Made by a program: the position numbers and the translations under genes
Notes under the pieces: generated by a model
What the model saw: the letters and a program-made list of their open reading frames with translations, nothing else
Told to the model about the DNA's origin: nothing
The model's database searches: none
NCBI GenBank assembly: GCA_963667565.1
Contig: OY763415.1
Coordinates: 1,600,001 to 1,664,000 of the forward strand
Length of the DNA: 64,000 nt
Direction: 5' to 3'
Origin: Acholeplasmataceae bacterium
GTDB taxonomy: Bacteria; Bacillota_I; Bacilli_A; Acholeplasmatales; Acholeplasmataceae
Shown: positions 15,147-24,068 of the stretch, piece by piece
Position numbering within the stretch: the first letter of the stretch is position 1
How the letters are laid out: the number at the start of each line of letters is the position of its first letter

Positions 15147-16088
15147 ATGAGTTTTGCTAAAACTGTAAAAGAAGAATTGGTCACAATTCCTGTTGAGTTA
15201 GAAGGACAGTTGGCAGAGTTTGCCGCATTCTTAAACCTTAACACTGAATTTCATATTGAATCTAAACAAAAAATGTTAGATTTTAAAACCAATAGTCCAA
15301 CCGTTGCAAAACGGTTTTTACAGCTTACAAAAACGTTGTATCAATCTGATACATCGCTTTTAACTCAACAACAAACAAAATTAAATAAAAGACAAACCAT
15401 TATTGTTAGAGTTGAAACTAAAGTTGATGATATTATCTCTGAGCATGGATTATTAGAAAACGAGATTGAATCACAAATATTACTCACGCAATCTTTTGAT
15501 GCAAAACGTGCATTTTTACGTGCTTGCTTTTTGGCAACTGGTTCAATGAACCATCCAAAGACAGCAGAATATCATTTAGAAATATTTTCAAGAAACTCTG
15601 AACAAATCATATTAATCCAAAGTGTGATGAACGCTTTTGAATTAAATGCAAAAATTACCAATAGAAGAACCGGTTATATTGTATATATAAAGGATGCTGA
15701 AGGTATCAGCATGTTTTTACAATTGATTGGTGCTCAAAATGCGTTATTTCAATTTGAAGACATTAGAATCAAAAGAGATTTTAATAATTCCATCAATCGT
15801 GTGATGAATTGTGAAATTGCAAATGAAAAAAAAGCGATAGTTGCAGCAAATTCACAATTAGATGATATTCATTTAGTGACGAAGTATTATCCTAAAGATC
15901 AGCTTAATACTAAGCTAAATCAAATCATTGAACTTAGAACTGAACATCCTGATATGAGTTTAAGTGAACTCTCAGAATTATATGAGGAAAGATTTAATGA
16001 ACCTTTGAGTAAATCGGGGTTAAATCATAGGCTCAAAAAATTAAGAGAATTAGCAGATCAAATCAGAGAAAGTGGGTATCAACAATGA
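15147..16088 (+). CDS. whiA: DNA-binding protein WhiA
   Basis: MSFAKTVKEEL, YHLEI, NRVMNCEIAN, SKSGLNHRL. Confidence 0.95.
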   Translation: MSFAKTVKEELVTIPVELEGQLAEFAAFLNLNTEFHIESKQKMLDFKTNSPTVAKRFLQLTKTLYQSDTSLLTQQQTKLNKRQTIIVRVETKVDDIISEHGLLENEIESQILLTQSFDAKRAFLRACFLATGSMNHPKTAEYHLEIFSRNSEQIILIQSVMNAFELNAKITNRRTGYIVYIKDAEGISMFLQLIGAQNALFQFEDIRIKRDFNNSINRVMNCEIANEKKAIVAANSQLDDIHLVTKYYPKDQLNTKLNQIIELRTEHPDMSLSELSELYEERFNEPLSKSGLNHRLKKLRELADQIRESGYQQ

Positions 16089-16438
16089 TTAAAGGTATGG
16101 GTATTGATTTAGTTGATTTAAATCGCATTAGAGAAATCGCAGATGATAGATTTATACATCGTATATTAAGCGATGATGAATATAAACTTTATTTAAATAT
16201 TGCCAATGAAAAAACAAAATTAACTTTTTTAGGTGGACGATTTGCAGCAAAAGAAGCCATCTTTAAAGCCGTTTCAAAAGGTAATGGCACTGCATATTAT
16301 AAAGACTTTTCAGTGCTTGCAGATGAGAATGGAAAACCTTATGTTGAAAGTGACTTTTTTGAAGATCACGACTTAATTCATATAACAATCACGCACACGG
16401 ATGAACTTGCGATTGCTTATGTGGTGATTGAGGGTTAA
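16085..16438 (+). CDS. acpS: Holo-ACP synthase
   Basis: GMGIDLV, GRFAAKEAIFKA, GKP, ITH. Confidence 0.95.
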   Translation: MIKGMGIDLVDLNRIREIADDRFIHRILSDDEYKLYLNIANEKTKLTFLGGRFAAKEAIFKAVSKGNGTAYYKDFSVLADENGKPYVESDFFEDHDLIHITITHTDELAIAYVVIEG

Positions 16439-16509
16439 ACATAATTCAACATAGTGTTGTAATTTATCAATGTTTTCGGTATAATTTTTTATGGATAGGA
16501 TGTGACCTT

Positions 16510-17193
16510 ATGGCGAACAAAAAGAAACCAAATAAACAAAAAGCAGTATCAAATAAACCAGCTTCAGTGAAACAACCGGAGAAGAAAGGTTTATTACAAG
16601 AAGCGAAAGAACCAACAAAAAACGAAATTTTATTCTATAGAATAGGTATGATTGCAGTCTCATTAGTTGTTTTAGTGTTTGTAGCATTTATTCTAATCAA
16701 TCATTTTACAAAAGATGATACAGTGCCGTATGAAGATTATGTAACCATTACGCATTCAAGCTTAACTGAAATCGTTAAAGATAATGGCGATAGCACTTAT
16801 GGTGACTTCACATATTTTAATGGATTAGATGGTTATGAAAATATTGCTGATTTAATTAATAAAAATGATGTGATTTATTTCTATTTCTATCATTCATCAG
16901 CGATTGATACTGATGTTGAGGCAGCAATTTTAGCACAAACATCAATTGGATTAATTCCAACAGTAACACTCATGACTGATAATCCAGATGCTTCATTTAT
17001 CGCATTTATTTTAATTGATTTAGATGATGCAGCAAACGGATCATTAATCGCAGATACATCGATTTCATATTTAGATTTAAATGATACAGATACACAATTT
17101 TTAGTGACATTTGATATTTATAATCCAGATGGAACTCCATTTGCAATGGAAGAAGATTCAGCGAAGATTGTTGATATCATCAATAACTTATAA
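16510..17193 (+). CDS. Hypothetical single-pass membrane protein
   Basis: Basic N-terminus, one TM helix, acidic external domain. Confidence 0.7.
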   Translation: MANKKKPNKQKAVSNKPASVKQPEKKGLLQEAKEPTKNEILFYRIGMIAVSLVVLVFVAFILINHFTKDDTVPYEDYVTITHSSLTEIVKDNGDSTYGDFTYFNGLDGYENIADLINKNDVIYFYFYHSSAIDTDVEAAILAQTSIGLIPTVTLMTDNPDASFIAFILIDLDDAANGSLIADTSISYLDLNDTDTQFLVTFDIYNPDGTPFAMEEDSAKIVDIINNL

Positions 17194-17201
17194 AAGACTT
17201 T

Positions 17202-17220
17202 AAAAGGGCCTAGCCCTTTT
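17202..17220 (+). terminator. Hairpin AAAAGGGC-CTA-GCCCTTTT
   Basis: Perfect inverted repeat directly after stop 17193. Confidence 0.55.
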
Positions 17221-17246
17221 GTGTTATATAGAGGAGGTTAATTTAA

Positions 17247-19412
17247 ATGAACGAACAAATCATAAAAGATATTAAAGAAACTTTAGGGATCTCTGTTAAA
17301 CAAATTCAGACTGTCTTAGATTTGCTTAATGAAGGGAATACCATTCCATTTATTGCAAGATATCGTAAAGAAGCAACCGGTGGTTTGGATGAGGAACAAA
17401 TCAATGAGATTTATAAGACTTGGAATTATCAATTAAATTTACTTGAAAGAAAAGAAGCAGTTATCAGATTAATTGATGAAAAAGGCATGCTTACAGATCA
17501 ATTAAAAGCAGATATTTTAAAAGCAGATAAACTCGTTGAAGTTGAAGATTTATATCGACCATATAAAGAAAAGAAAAAAACAAAAGCAACCGAAGCGATT
17601 GCTAAAGGTTTAGAACCACTTACGACATGGATGCTCATGTTTTCAAAAGATAGTGTTTTAGAACAAGCTACAAATTTTGTTAATGACAAAGTAGCAAGCG
17701 TTGAAGAAGCGATTGAAGGGGCAAAATACATTATTGCAGAAATGATATCTGATAATGCTGATTATCGTAAAGCATTAAGAAAATCAGTGGTAGATGATGG
17801 TTTAGTCGTGACTCAAGTGAAAAAAGATGCGGAAGATGAAAGAAAAGTATATGAGATGTATTACGATTATCATGAACCTGTCATTCAAATGAAGCCTCAT
17901 CGTATTTTAGCGATTAATCGCGCTGAAAAAGAAAAAGTCATTTCAGTTAAAATTGAAATGGATAAAGATGTGCTTACACAATATTTAGTCTTTCATATGA
18001 TTAAAGATGAAACATCACCTGCAACACCTTACATTAAAGAAGCGATTGATGACGCATTAAAACGCTTAATTTATCCAAGTATTGAAAGAGAAGTTAGAAG
18101 TGAATTAACAGAAAAAGCAGAAGAACAAGCGATTGAAGTCTTTTCTGACAATTTAAATAAATTATTATTACAACCACCACTTAAGGGTAAGGTCGTTTTA
18201 GGGGTTGACCCTGCATTTAGAACTGGATGTAAATTATCAGTATGTAATGAGCAAGGTACAGTTTTAGAAAAAAGTGTGATTTATCCTCATGAAAAGACTA
18301 AGGGTGGCACTGTTACTGATCAACAAATCCAAGAGTCTCAAAGAACACTCATTAGACTTATTCATAAGTATAAAGTTGAGTTGATTGCAATTGGTAATGG
18401 GACAGCTTCAAGAGAGACAGAAAGTTTCATTGCTGATTTAATTAAAACAACAGGTATGAAAGTTCAATATGTGATTGTTAATGAAGCTGGAGCATCAGTG
18501 TATTCAGCAAGTGAGCTTGCAAGAGAAGAATTCCCTGATTTTTCAGTTGAAGAAAGATCAGCAGCATCAATTGCAAGACGTTTACAAGATCCATTATCAG
18601 AACTTGTTAAAATTGATCCTAAATCAATTGGTGTTGGTCAATATCAACACGACGTATCAGCTAAAAAGTTAAATGAGTCATTAAACTTTGTTGTCATGCA
18701 AGCTGTTAATAGTGTAGGTGTGAATGTAAACACCGCATCTAAGTCACTACTTATGTATGTTTCAGGACTTAATAAATCAAGTGCTGAAAACATCGTAAAG
18801 TATAGAGATAAAGTCGGTAAATTTAACTCAAGAGAAGATATTTTAAAAGTGCCTAAACTAGGTGGTAAAACATTTGAACAAGCAGCAGGATTTTTAAGAA
18901 TTCCTGAAGGTGATGAAGCACTTGATATGACTGCAGTCCATCCTGAAAGCTATGAAGCAGCTAAACAAGTCATGAAAAAACTAGGAATCACGAGCGATAT
19001 GTTTGGTAAACCTGAAGTGAAATTGTTTATATCACAAGTGGATCATAAGAAACTACAAGATGAACTCAAGATTGATAAATATACATTAGAAGATATTTTA
19101 GACGCATTTATCGCACCACTTAGAGATCCACGTGATCAATTTGCACAACCCATCTTAAGATCAGATATCCTAAAAATTGATGATTTGGTCGTTGGTATGG
19201 AATTAGAAGGTACAGTGAGAAACGTCGTTGATTTTGGTGCATTTATTGACGTTGGATTAAAAAATGATGGTTTATGTCACATCTCAAAAATCTCTAAATC
19301 ATACATCAAACATCCAAAGGATGTATTAAATGTAGGGGATATTGTTAAGGTCTATGTTTTAAATGTAGATAAAGACCGAGGAAAAGTCGGATTAACAATG
19401 ATAAAAGAGTGA
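17247..19412 (+). CDS. tex: Tex/YhgF transcription accessory protein
   Basis: TIPFIARYRKEATG, GVDPAFRTGCK, EAGASVYSAS, DPKSIGVGQYQHD, C-terminal S1 domain. Confidence 0.95.
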   Translation: MNEQIIKDIKETLGISVKQIQTVLDLLNEGNTIPFIARYRKEATGGLDEEQINEIYKTWNYQLNLLERKEAVIRLIDEKGMLTDQLKADILKADKLVEVEDLYRPYKEKKKTKATEAIAKGLEPLTTWMLMFSKDSVLEQATNFVNDKVASVEEAIEGAKYIIAEMISDNADYRKALRKSVVDDGLVVTQVKKDAEDERKVYEMYYDYHEPVIQMKPHRILAINRAEKEKVISVKIEMDKDVLTQYLVFHMIKDETSPATPYIKEAIDDALKRLIYPSIEREVRSELTEKAEEQAIEVFSDNLNKLLLQPPLKGKVVLGVDPAFRTGCKLSVCNEQGTVLEKSVIYPHEKTKGGTVTDQQIQESQRTLIRLIHKYKVELIAIGNGTASRETESFIADLIKTTGMKVQYVIVNEAGASVYSASELAREEFPDFSVEERSAASIARRLQDPLSELVKIDPKSIGVGQYQHDVSAKKLNESLNFVVMQAVNSVGVNVNTASKSLLMYVSGLNKSSAENIVKYRDKVGKFNSREDILKVPKLGGKTFEQAAGFLRIPEGDEALDMTAVHPESYEAAKQVMKKLGITSDMFGKPEVKLFISQVDHKKLQDELKIDKYTLEDILDAFIAPLRDPRDQFAQPILRSDILKIDDLVVGMELEGTVRNVVDFGAFIDVGLKNDGLCHISKISKSYIKHPKDVLNVGDIVKVYVLNVDKDRGKVGLTMIKE

Positions 19413-19419
19413 AAATAGG

Positions 19420-19448
19420 TTGACAATCAGTTAAAAATACGATATTCT
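19420..19448 (+). promoter_or_regulatory. tRNA operon promoter
   Basis: TTGACA-17 bp-TATTCT upstream of the tRNA pair. Confidence 0.75.
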
Positions 19449-19484
19449 ATAAAGGCGCAAAACACGCACTTATAGTTTATGGTT

Positions 19485-19575
19485 GGAGTAGTACTCAAGT
19501 GGCTCAAGAGGTGCCCCTGCTAAGGGTATAGGTCGGGAAACCGGCGCGAGGGTTCAAATCCCTCCTGCTCCGCCA
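19485..19575 (+). tRNA. tRNA-Ser(GCT)
   Basis: Acceptor GGAGTAG/CTGCTCC, anticodon loop CT-GCT-AA, long variable arm, GGTTCAAATCC, encoded CCA. Confidence 0.96.
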
Positions 19576-19578
19576 CGT

Positions 19579-19654
19579 GGCCCGTTGGAGAAACGGTTAA
19601 CTCACATGCCTTTCACGCATGCATTCACGGGTTCGAATCCCGTACGGGTCACCA
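19579..19654 (+). tRNA. tRNA-Glu(TTC)
   Basis: Acceptor GGCCCGT/ACGGGTC, anticodon arm CATGC-CT TTC AC-GCATG, GGTTCGAATCC, encoded CCA. Confidence 0.96.
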
Positions 19655-19668
19655 ATATCATAATCAAT

Positions 19669-19698
19669 GCTCTTCTCACCCGTGGGAAGGGCTTTTTT
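19669..19698 (+). terminator. Intrinsic terminator after tRNA-Glu
   Basis: GCTCTTCTCAC/GTGGGAAGGGC stem followed by a T-tract. Confidence 0.8.
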
Positions 19699-20220
19699 AT
19701 AGATATCTATATGCTAGTGTCATATTTAAATCTGTGTAATTATTGGTAAAAAATCAAAATTCGTCATTGTCAGATGAATTTAAGAAGATTTCTTAAAACT
19801 TACGTGCAAATAAGCAAATTTTAAATCAATTCTTGAAGATCTATATCATATTTCCAATTTGCTTATAAAAAAAGGACTTATATTGATGCAAATTTTATAT
19901 TGCATACGTGGCATATATCTCTGATTTACGGAGATTGAAAGGCATTTAATAGTCTTCACACTATTTTGATAATATAATCTCGGCAATATAAAGAAGTAGA
20001 ATCTAAAATTTAATGTACAAATTTTTTATGGTATTGAGTATTTGATTTTTTCTGATTGAAATTAAAATATCTAAACTATAAATTTCTAGTAAAATGATAA
20101 TTGCCTATATGTTGAGTTTCTATTATATTTCTTCCTATTAAAATGGATGACTAGTGGTAAAAAAATTTTTATTAAAAAGCTCAGTAATCTATGGTAAAAT
20201 TGTATTGAAAAGGTGAAGAA

Positions 20221-22068
20221 ATGAGATACTTAGGGAATAAGACAAAACTATTGATTCAAATTGAAGAATTTATAAAAAAAAACAATATTGTTGGGTTGAA
20301 TATTACTGATTTGTTTGCTGGAACAGGTAGTGTTGGTGATCACTTCAAGGGTTCATACAAAATAACAGCAAACGATTTTATGTATTATTCATATGTGATT
20401 AACAGGGCTAAAATCATGAATTCTGATCTACCTACATTTAGAGATTTTTATAAGAATTTCAAAACAGATATTTTTGATTGGCTAAATAAAAAAACATATG
20501 AAAGTAATGGGCATTTTTTTATATATAATAACTATACACCTATAGGAAATAGAATGTTTTTCACTGAAGAAAATGCACTAAAAATTGATGGGATTAGAAT
20601 TACAATTGAAGATTTGTACAAAAAGGAATTTATTAGCGAAGAAGAATATTATTTTTTACTAGGATCTTTGCTTGAGAGCGTAAATAAAGTATCAAATACT
20701 TCAGGTACTTACGAAGCTTTCTTTAAGTTCTGGGAGTCAAGAGCACTGAAAAAATTTACTTTGGAACCTTTAACTTTTAACAAAGTGAATTTGAAGTCAG
20801 ATAAAAATGAGGTGTTTAGTATGGACGCTAATGAACTTGTAAAGACTATAACAGGTGATATTGTATATATAGATACTCCATATACTGTTACTCAATATTC
20901 ATCAGCATATCATATATTAGAAACTATAGCTAGATATGATTATCCAATAATTAAAGGTATAGGTGGTAAGCGATCTAAAGGAAAAAATATATCATTATAT
21001 AGCAGAAAAAACCAAGCATATAGTGAGTTTGAGGACTTATTAAGAAAATTGCAGTTTAAAGACATAATTATTAGTTATTCAAATCAGAGTTTACTTGAAA
21101 TGAATGATTTAATAGAGCTATGTAAGAAGTATGCAAAAAATGAGGATGTAATTGTTGAAGAAATTGAGTTTCAACAATACAAGAATCATAGAGGTAGAAA
21201 CAAGTCTAATAAATTAAAAGAATATTTACTTTATTTTCAAAAAGATTTCATTCCCATTAAATCTCCATTAAATTATTCAGGCAGTAAGGATACAATTATA
21301 AGGAACATTGTTAATGAATTGCCTAAATCTATTGATGTTTTTGTCGATGTAATGGGTGGAGCATTTAATGTTGGAGCAAACGTATATGCGAATAAGTATA
21401 TTCAATATAATGAGATTAATGAGTTTGTTTATGATATTGTGAAATGGCTTTTATCTGAAAAAAAAGAGGATATTATCAAAGATGTAGAGAGTACCATTAG
21501 GAAATTTAATTTAAGCAAAGCTGATAAAAATAACTATTTGAATCTTCGTAACACATACAACAGAAGCAAAGATAAAGTATTGTTGTATGTTTTGCATATG
21601 TATTCTTTTCAGAATATGATTAGATTTAATTCTAATAAGAAAATGAACACGCCTATTGGTGTCGCCGGGTATAGTAAAGATATGAGAGAAAGAATTTTGA
21701 ATTTTACAACTAAAACGAAAGAAATTCAGTTTACGAATTTAGACTATATTAATATTGATTATAGCGCTTATAATAAAAATACTGTATTTTATTTTGATCC
21801 TCCTTATTATATTACAAGTGCATCGTATAATGATGGAAAGCGTGGTTTTAAAGGATGGAGTGCAGATGAAGAAACTGAATTACTTGATATACTTCTTTCA
21901 ATTGATAGAATGGGTTATAAATTTGTCCTCTCAAATGTGATAAAACATAGAGATAGAACAAATTTCATCTTGCTTGATTGGATAAAGGAGCATAATTTTA
22001 GAATTGTTGATGTAGGAGCAACTGGGTGGAGATATAAAAAAAATGAAATCATTGTGATAAACTATTAG
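20221..22068 (+). CDS. Two-domain N6-adenine DNA methyltransferase (D12/Dam class, M.FokI-like fusion)
   Basis: Domain 1: MRYLGNK, DLFAGTG, YIDTPY; domain 2: SPLNYSGSK, DVMGGAFNV, YFDPPY. Confidence 0.88.
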   Translation: MRYLGNKTKLLIQIEEFIKKNNIVGLNITDLFAGTGSVGDHFKGSYKITANDFMYYSYVINRAKIMNSDLPTFRDFYKNFKTDIFDWLNKKTYESNGHFFIYNNYTPIGNRMFFTEENALKIDGIRITIEDLYKKEFISEEEYYFLLGSLLESVNKVSNTSGTYEAFFKFWESRALKKFTLEPLTFNKVNLKSDKNEVFSMDANELVKTITGDIVYIDTPYTVTQYSSAYHILETIARYDYPIIKGIGGKRSKGKNISLYSRKNQAYSEFEDLLRKLQFKDIIISYSNQSLLEMNDLIELCKKYAKNEDVIVEEIEFQQYKNHRGRNKSNKLKEYLLYFQKDFIPIKSPLNYSGSKDTIIRNIVNELPKSIDVFVDVMGGAFNVGANVYANKYIQYNEINEFVYDIVKWLLSEKKEDIIKDVESTIRKFNLSKADKNNYLNLRNTYNRSKDKVLLYVLHMYSFQNMIRFNSNKKMNTPIGVAGYSKDMRERILNFTTKTKEIQFTNLDYINIDYSAYNKNTVFYFDPPYYITSASYNDGKRGFKGWSADEETELLDILLSIDRMGYKFVLSNVIKHRDRTNFILLDWIKEHNFRIVDVGATGWRYKKNEIIVINY

Positions 22069-22077
22069 GAGGTATTC

Positions 22078-23421
22078 ATGCACTACAAGTTGCAACTAAC
22101 AGTAAAGTTTGAAAAGGTGCTGTCAAATATAGACTATACACAAAGCATTTTACTCAATAGAGGAATAGTATCTAAAGAGAGCATAGAAAAAATTATAAAA
22201 TTTCACATTTTCAAGGAAATAAAAAATTGTGATAATTGTAGTTTGGAATACGTTGATACTCCAAATGGGTATGAACGAAGCGTAACTTATGGAGGAGCTG
22301 TTATTGATGAAAACAATAGACTGATTGCCTATGTTTTTACTACTACAATCGATAAGGATAGCCGATCAGCATATATTTCTCAACAAATCGGAGGAACTGT
22401 ATCAGATATAATCATTAAAACAATTGATGATGAATTAGTCATGATATCTGATATCCCTTTATATATTTTAGACATTGATGCAACTCAATTTACAGATCAA
22501 AAATATTTTTTTATTGAATGTGCATTAGAATGTAATTTAAATGTTATAAATATATTCAATCGTGATTATGAGTTGTACTCTAAAAATATTGGTGTTTATG
22601 ATAAAAATATAACAATTGAAATTCACGACAAGATCATTAAAACTCTTGATCACAATGGAAAAAACAATTATTATGATATAGATATATATAACAAGAAAAT
22701 TAAATTACTTCCAACGCGATTAAAACATGATGGTATGACAAATGAAGTATATTATTATTCTCATCGAGTATTAGCTGCTATTATTTTAGCTAAAAAAAGC
22801 GAATATGAAATACTAACTGATAGTTTTGAGACATATTTTACCTCAAGAAACAAAAACATCGAAGCGTTGCTTTTATTTGCAAAAAAAATGAATAATATAA
22901 TTGATTTGAACAACCCAAACATTAAAATCAATGTAACAAGAAATACTCAAGTATATGATACAAGACCATTTAATAAAAATAGAAGAATAAGGAATTTTAT
23001 CGGTGCAGAAGCACGAGATAAAGTGGAATATGAAGATTATTCTGCGAATCCAGGTAAAATTAGAGAAGCTAGTCTGAGACATGAAAAACTCATTGATAAA
23101 GTTGTATTAATGCTCAAAGAATCTATTGATTTGCCCATATTTGAGAGTTTAATTGACTTGTACTATATAGACGAAGAAAATCACAGAATTGTAATGTATG
23201 AAATGAAAACAATCAATGATAAAAATTGGAAAAAACAGATTAGAACAGCTATTGGACAAATATTAGAATATGAATTCTTTAATTTTGCTGTTAAATATAT
23301 AGGATATGAAGTTGAAAAAATAATAGTCATTGATAATTCAATTCATACCTTAGAATGGGAGAATTGGTTAGTTTTTTTAAAAGAACTCAAAATTGAAATT
23401 TTACACATGGAAATTGACTAA
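22078..23421 (+). CDS. Putative restriction endonuclease (C-terminal PD-(D/E)xK domain)
   Basis: ID...YEMKT...QIRTAIGQILEY; 9 bp downstream of the methyltransferase gene, with GGAGG RBS. Confidence 0.6.
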   Translation: MHYKLQLTVKFEKVLSNIDYTQSILLNRGIVSKESIEKIIKFHIFKEIKNCDNCSLEYVDTPNGYERSVTYGGAVIDENNRLIAYVFTTTIDKDSRSAYISQQIGGTVSDIIIKTIDDELVMISDIPLYILDIDATQFTDQKYFFIECALECNLNVINIFNRDYELYSKNIGVYDKNITIEIHDKIIKTLDHNGKNNYYDIDIYNKKIKLLPTRLKHDGMTNEVYYYSHRVLAAIILAKKSEYEILTDSFETYFTSRNKNIEALLLFAKKMNNIIDLNNPNIKINVTRNTQVYDTRPFNKNRRIRNFIGAEARDKVEYEDYSANPGKIREASLRHEKLIDKVVLMLKESIDLPIFESLIDLYYIDEENHRIVMYEMKTINDKNWKKQIRTAIGQILEYEFFNFAVKYIGYEVEKIIVIDNSIHTLEWENWLVFLKELKIEILHMEID

Positions 23422-23697
23422 TAACATCATACACCGAATTATCATTTTTCATCTGATAGCACACTTATCTATGTTTTTGCATTAGAGAATCCATTCAAGA
23501 TTTGAGTAGTAGTGAAAAAATTATAAGATTTGTTACTATCTAAAGTAGATGGTATCCACTAATGTGATTTTTTGTTACAGAAAAAAACACTAGCGTTTCC
23601 AAAAAATCATATGATCACGAAGATGTTTATGTTAAACGAGCTTGATTCACTTGGGAAAAATCGTGAATCAGTACGGGTCACCAATGCTAGTCGCGTA

Positions 23698-23728
23698 GCC
23701 ATTCTCAAACGTGAGAATGGCTTTTTTT
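23698..23728 (+). terminator. Intrinsic terminator after the duplicated tRNA 3' end
   Basis: GCCATTCTCA-AACG-TGAGAATGGC followed by T7. Confidence 0.85.
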
Positions 23729-23875
23729 GTCTTTGCTAGGGTGATAAGTTAATGAAATCAAAAATATATAGTAGTTTGTGGAATTTCTAAAAGAAAGTCA
23801 GATTAATAATCCCTAAAAATATCAGAGAAAGCATGCCTTTATGATTGACTTTACGATTAAAATGTTTGATATATA

Positions 23876-23965
23876 CCAAAAGTGCATTGAAAAGCACCAA
23901 TTATGTAAACTACAAAAATGCTTTATTTTTAGTTGTTATACTATAGTTAATGAAAACGCTTGTTA
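23876..23965 (+). promoter_or_regulatory. Promoter of the GH2/glucuronate operon: 21-bp-spaced direct repeat, extended -10, cre-like site
   Basis: CCAAAAGTGC (23876) and CCAATTATGT (23897), TGTTATACT (23934), TGAAAACGCTTGTT (23951). Confidence 0.6.
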
Positions 23966-24068
23966 TTTGCTTGTATTTTATTATATAGTTTTGCAAGTTA
24001 AGAGTCAAAGTTAATATTATATATGATTATCTTTATTTAAGGTAATTTAAATTTAGATAGGAGAAATC

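Larger units (their letters stand above)
19642..23685. mobile_element. Small genomic islet integrated at the tRNA-Glu 3' end (restriction-modification cargo, no integrase seen)
   Basis: 15-bp direct repeat GTACGGGTCACCAAT at 19642-19656 and 23671-23685. Confidence 0.75.
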
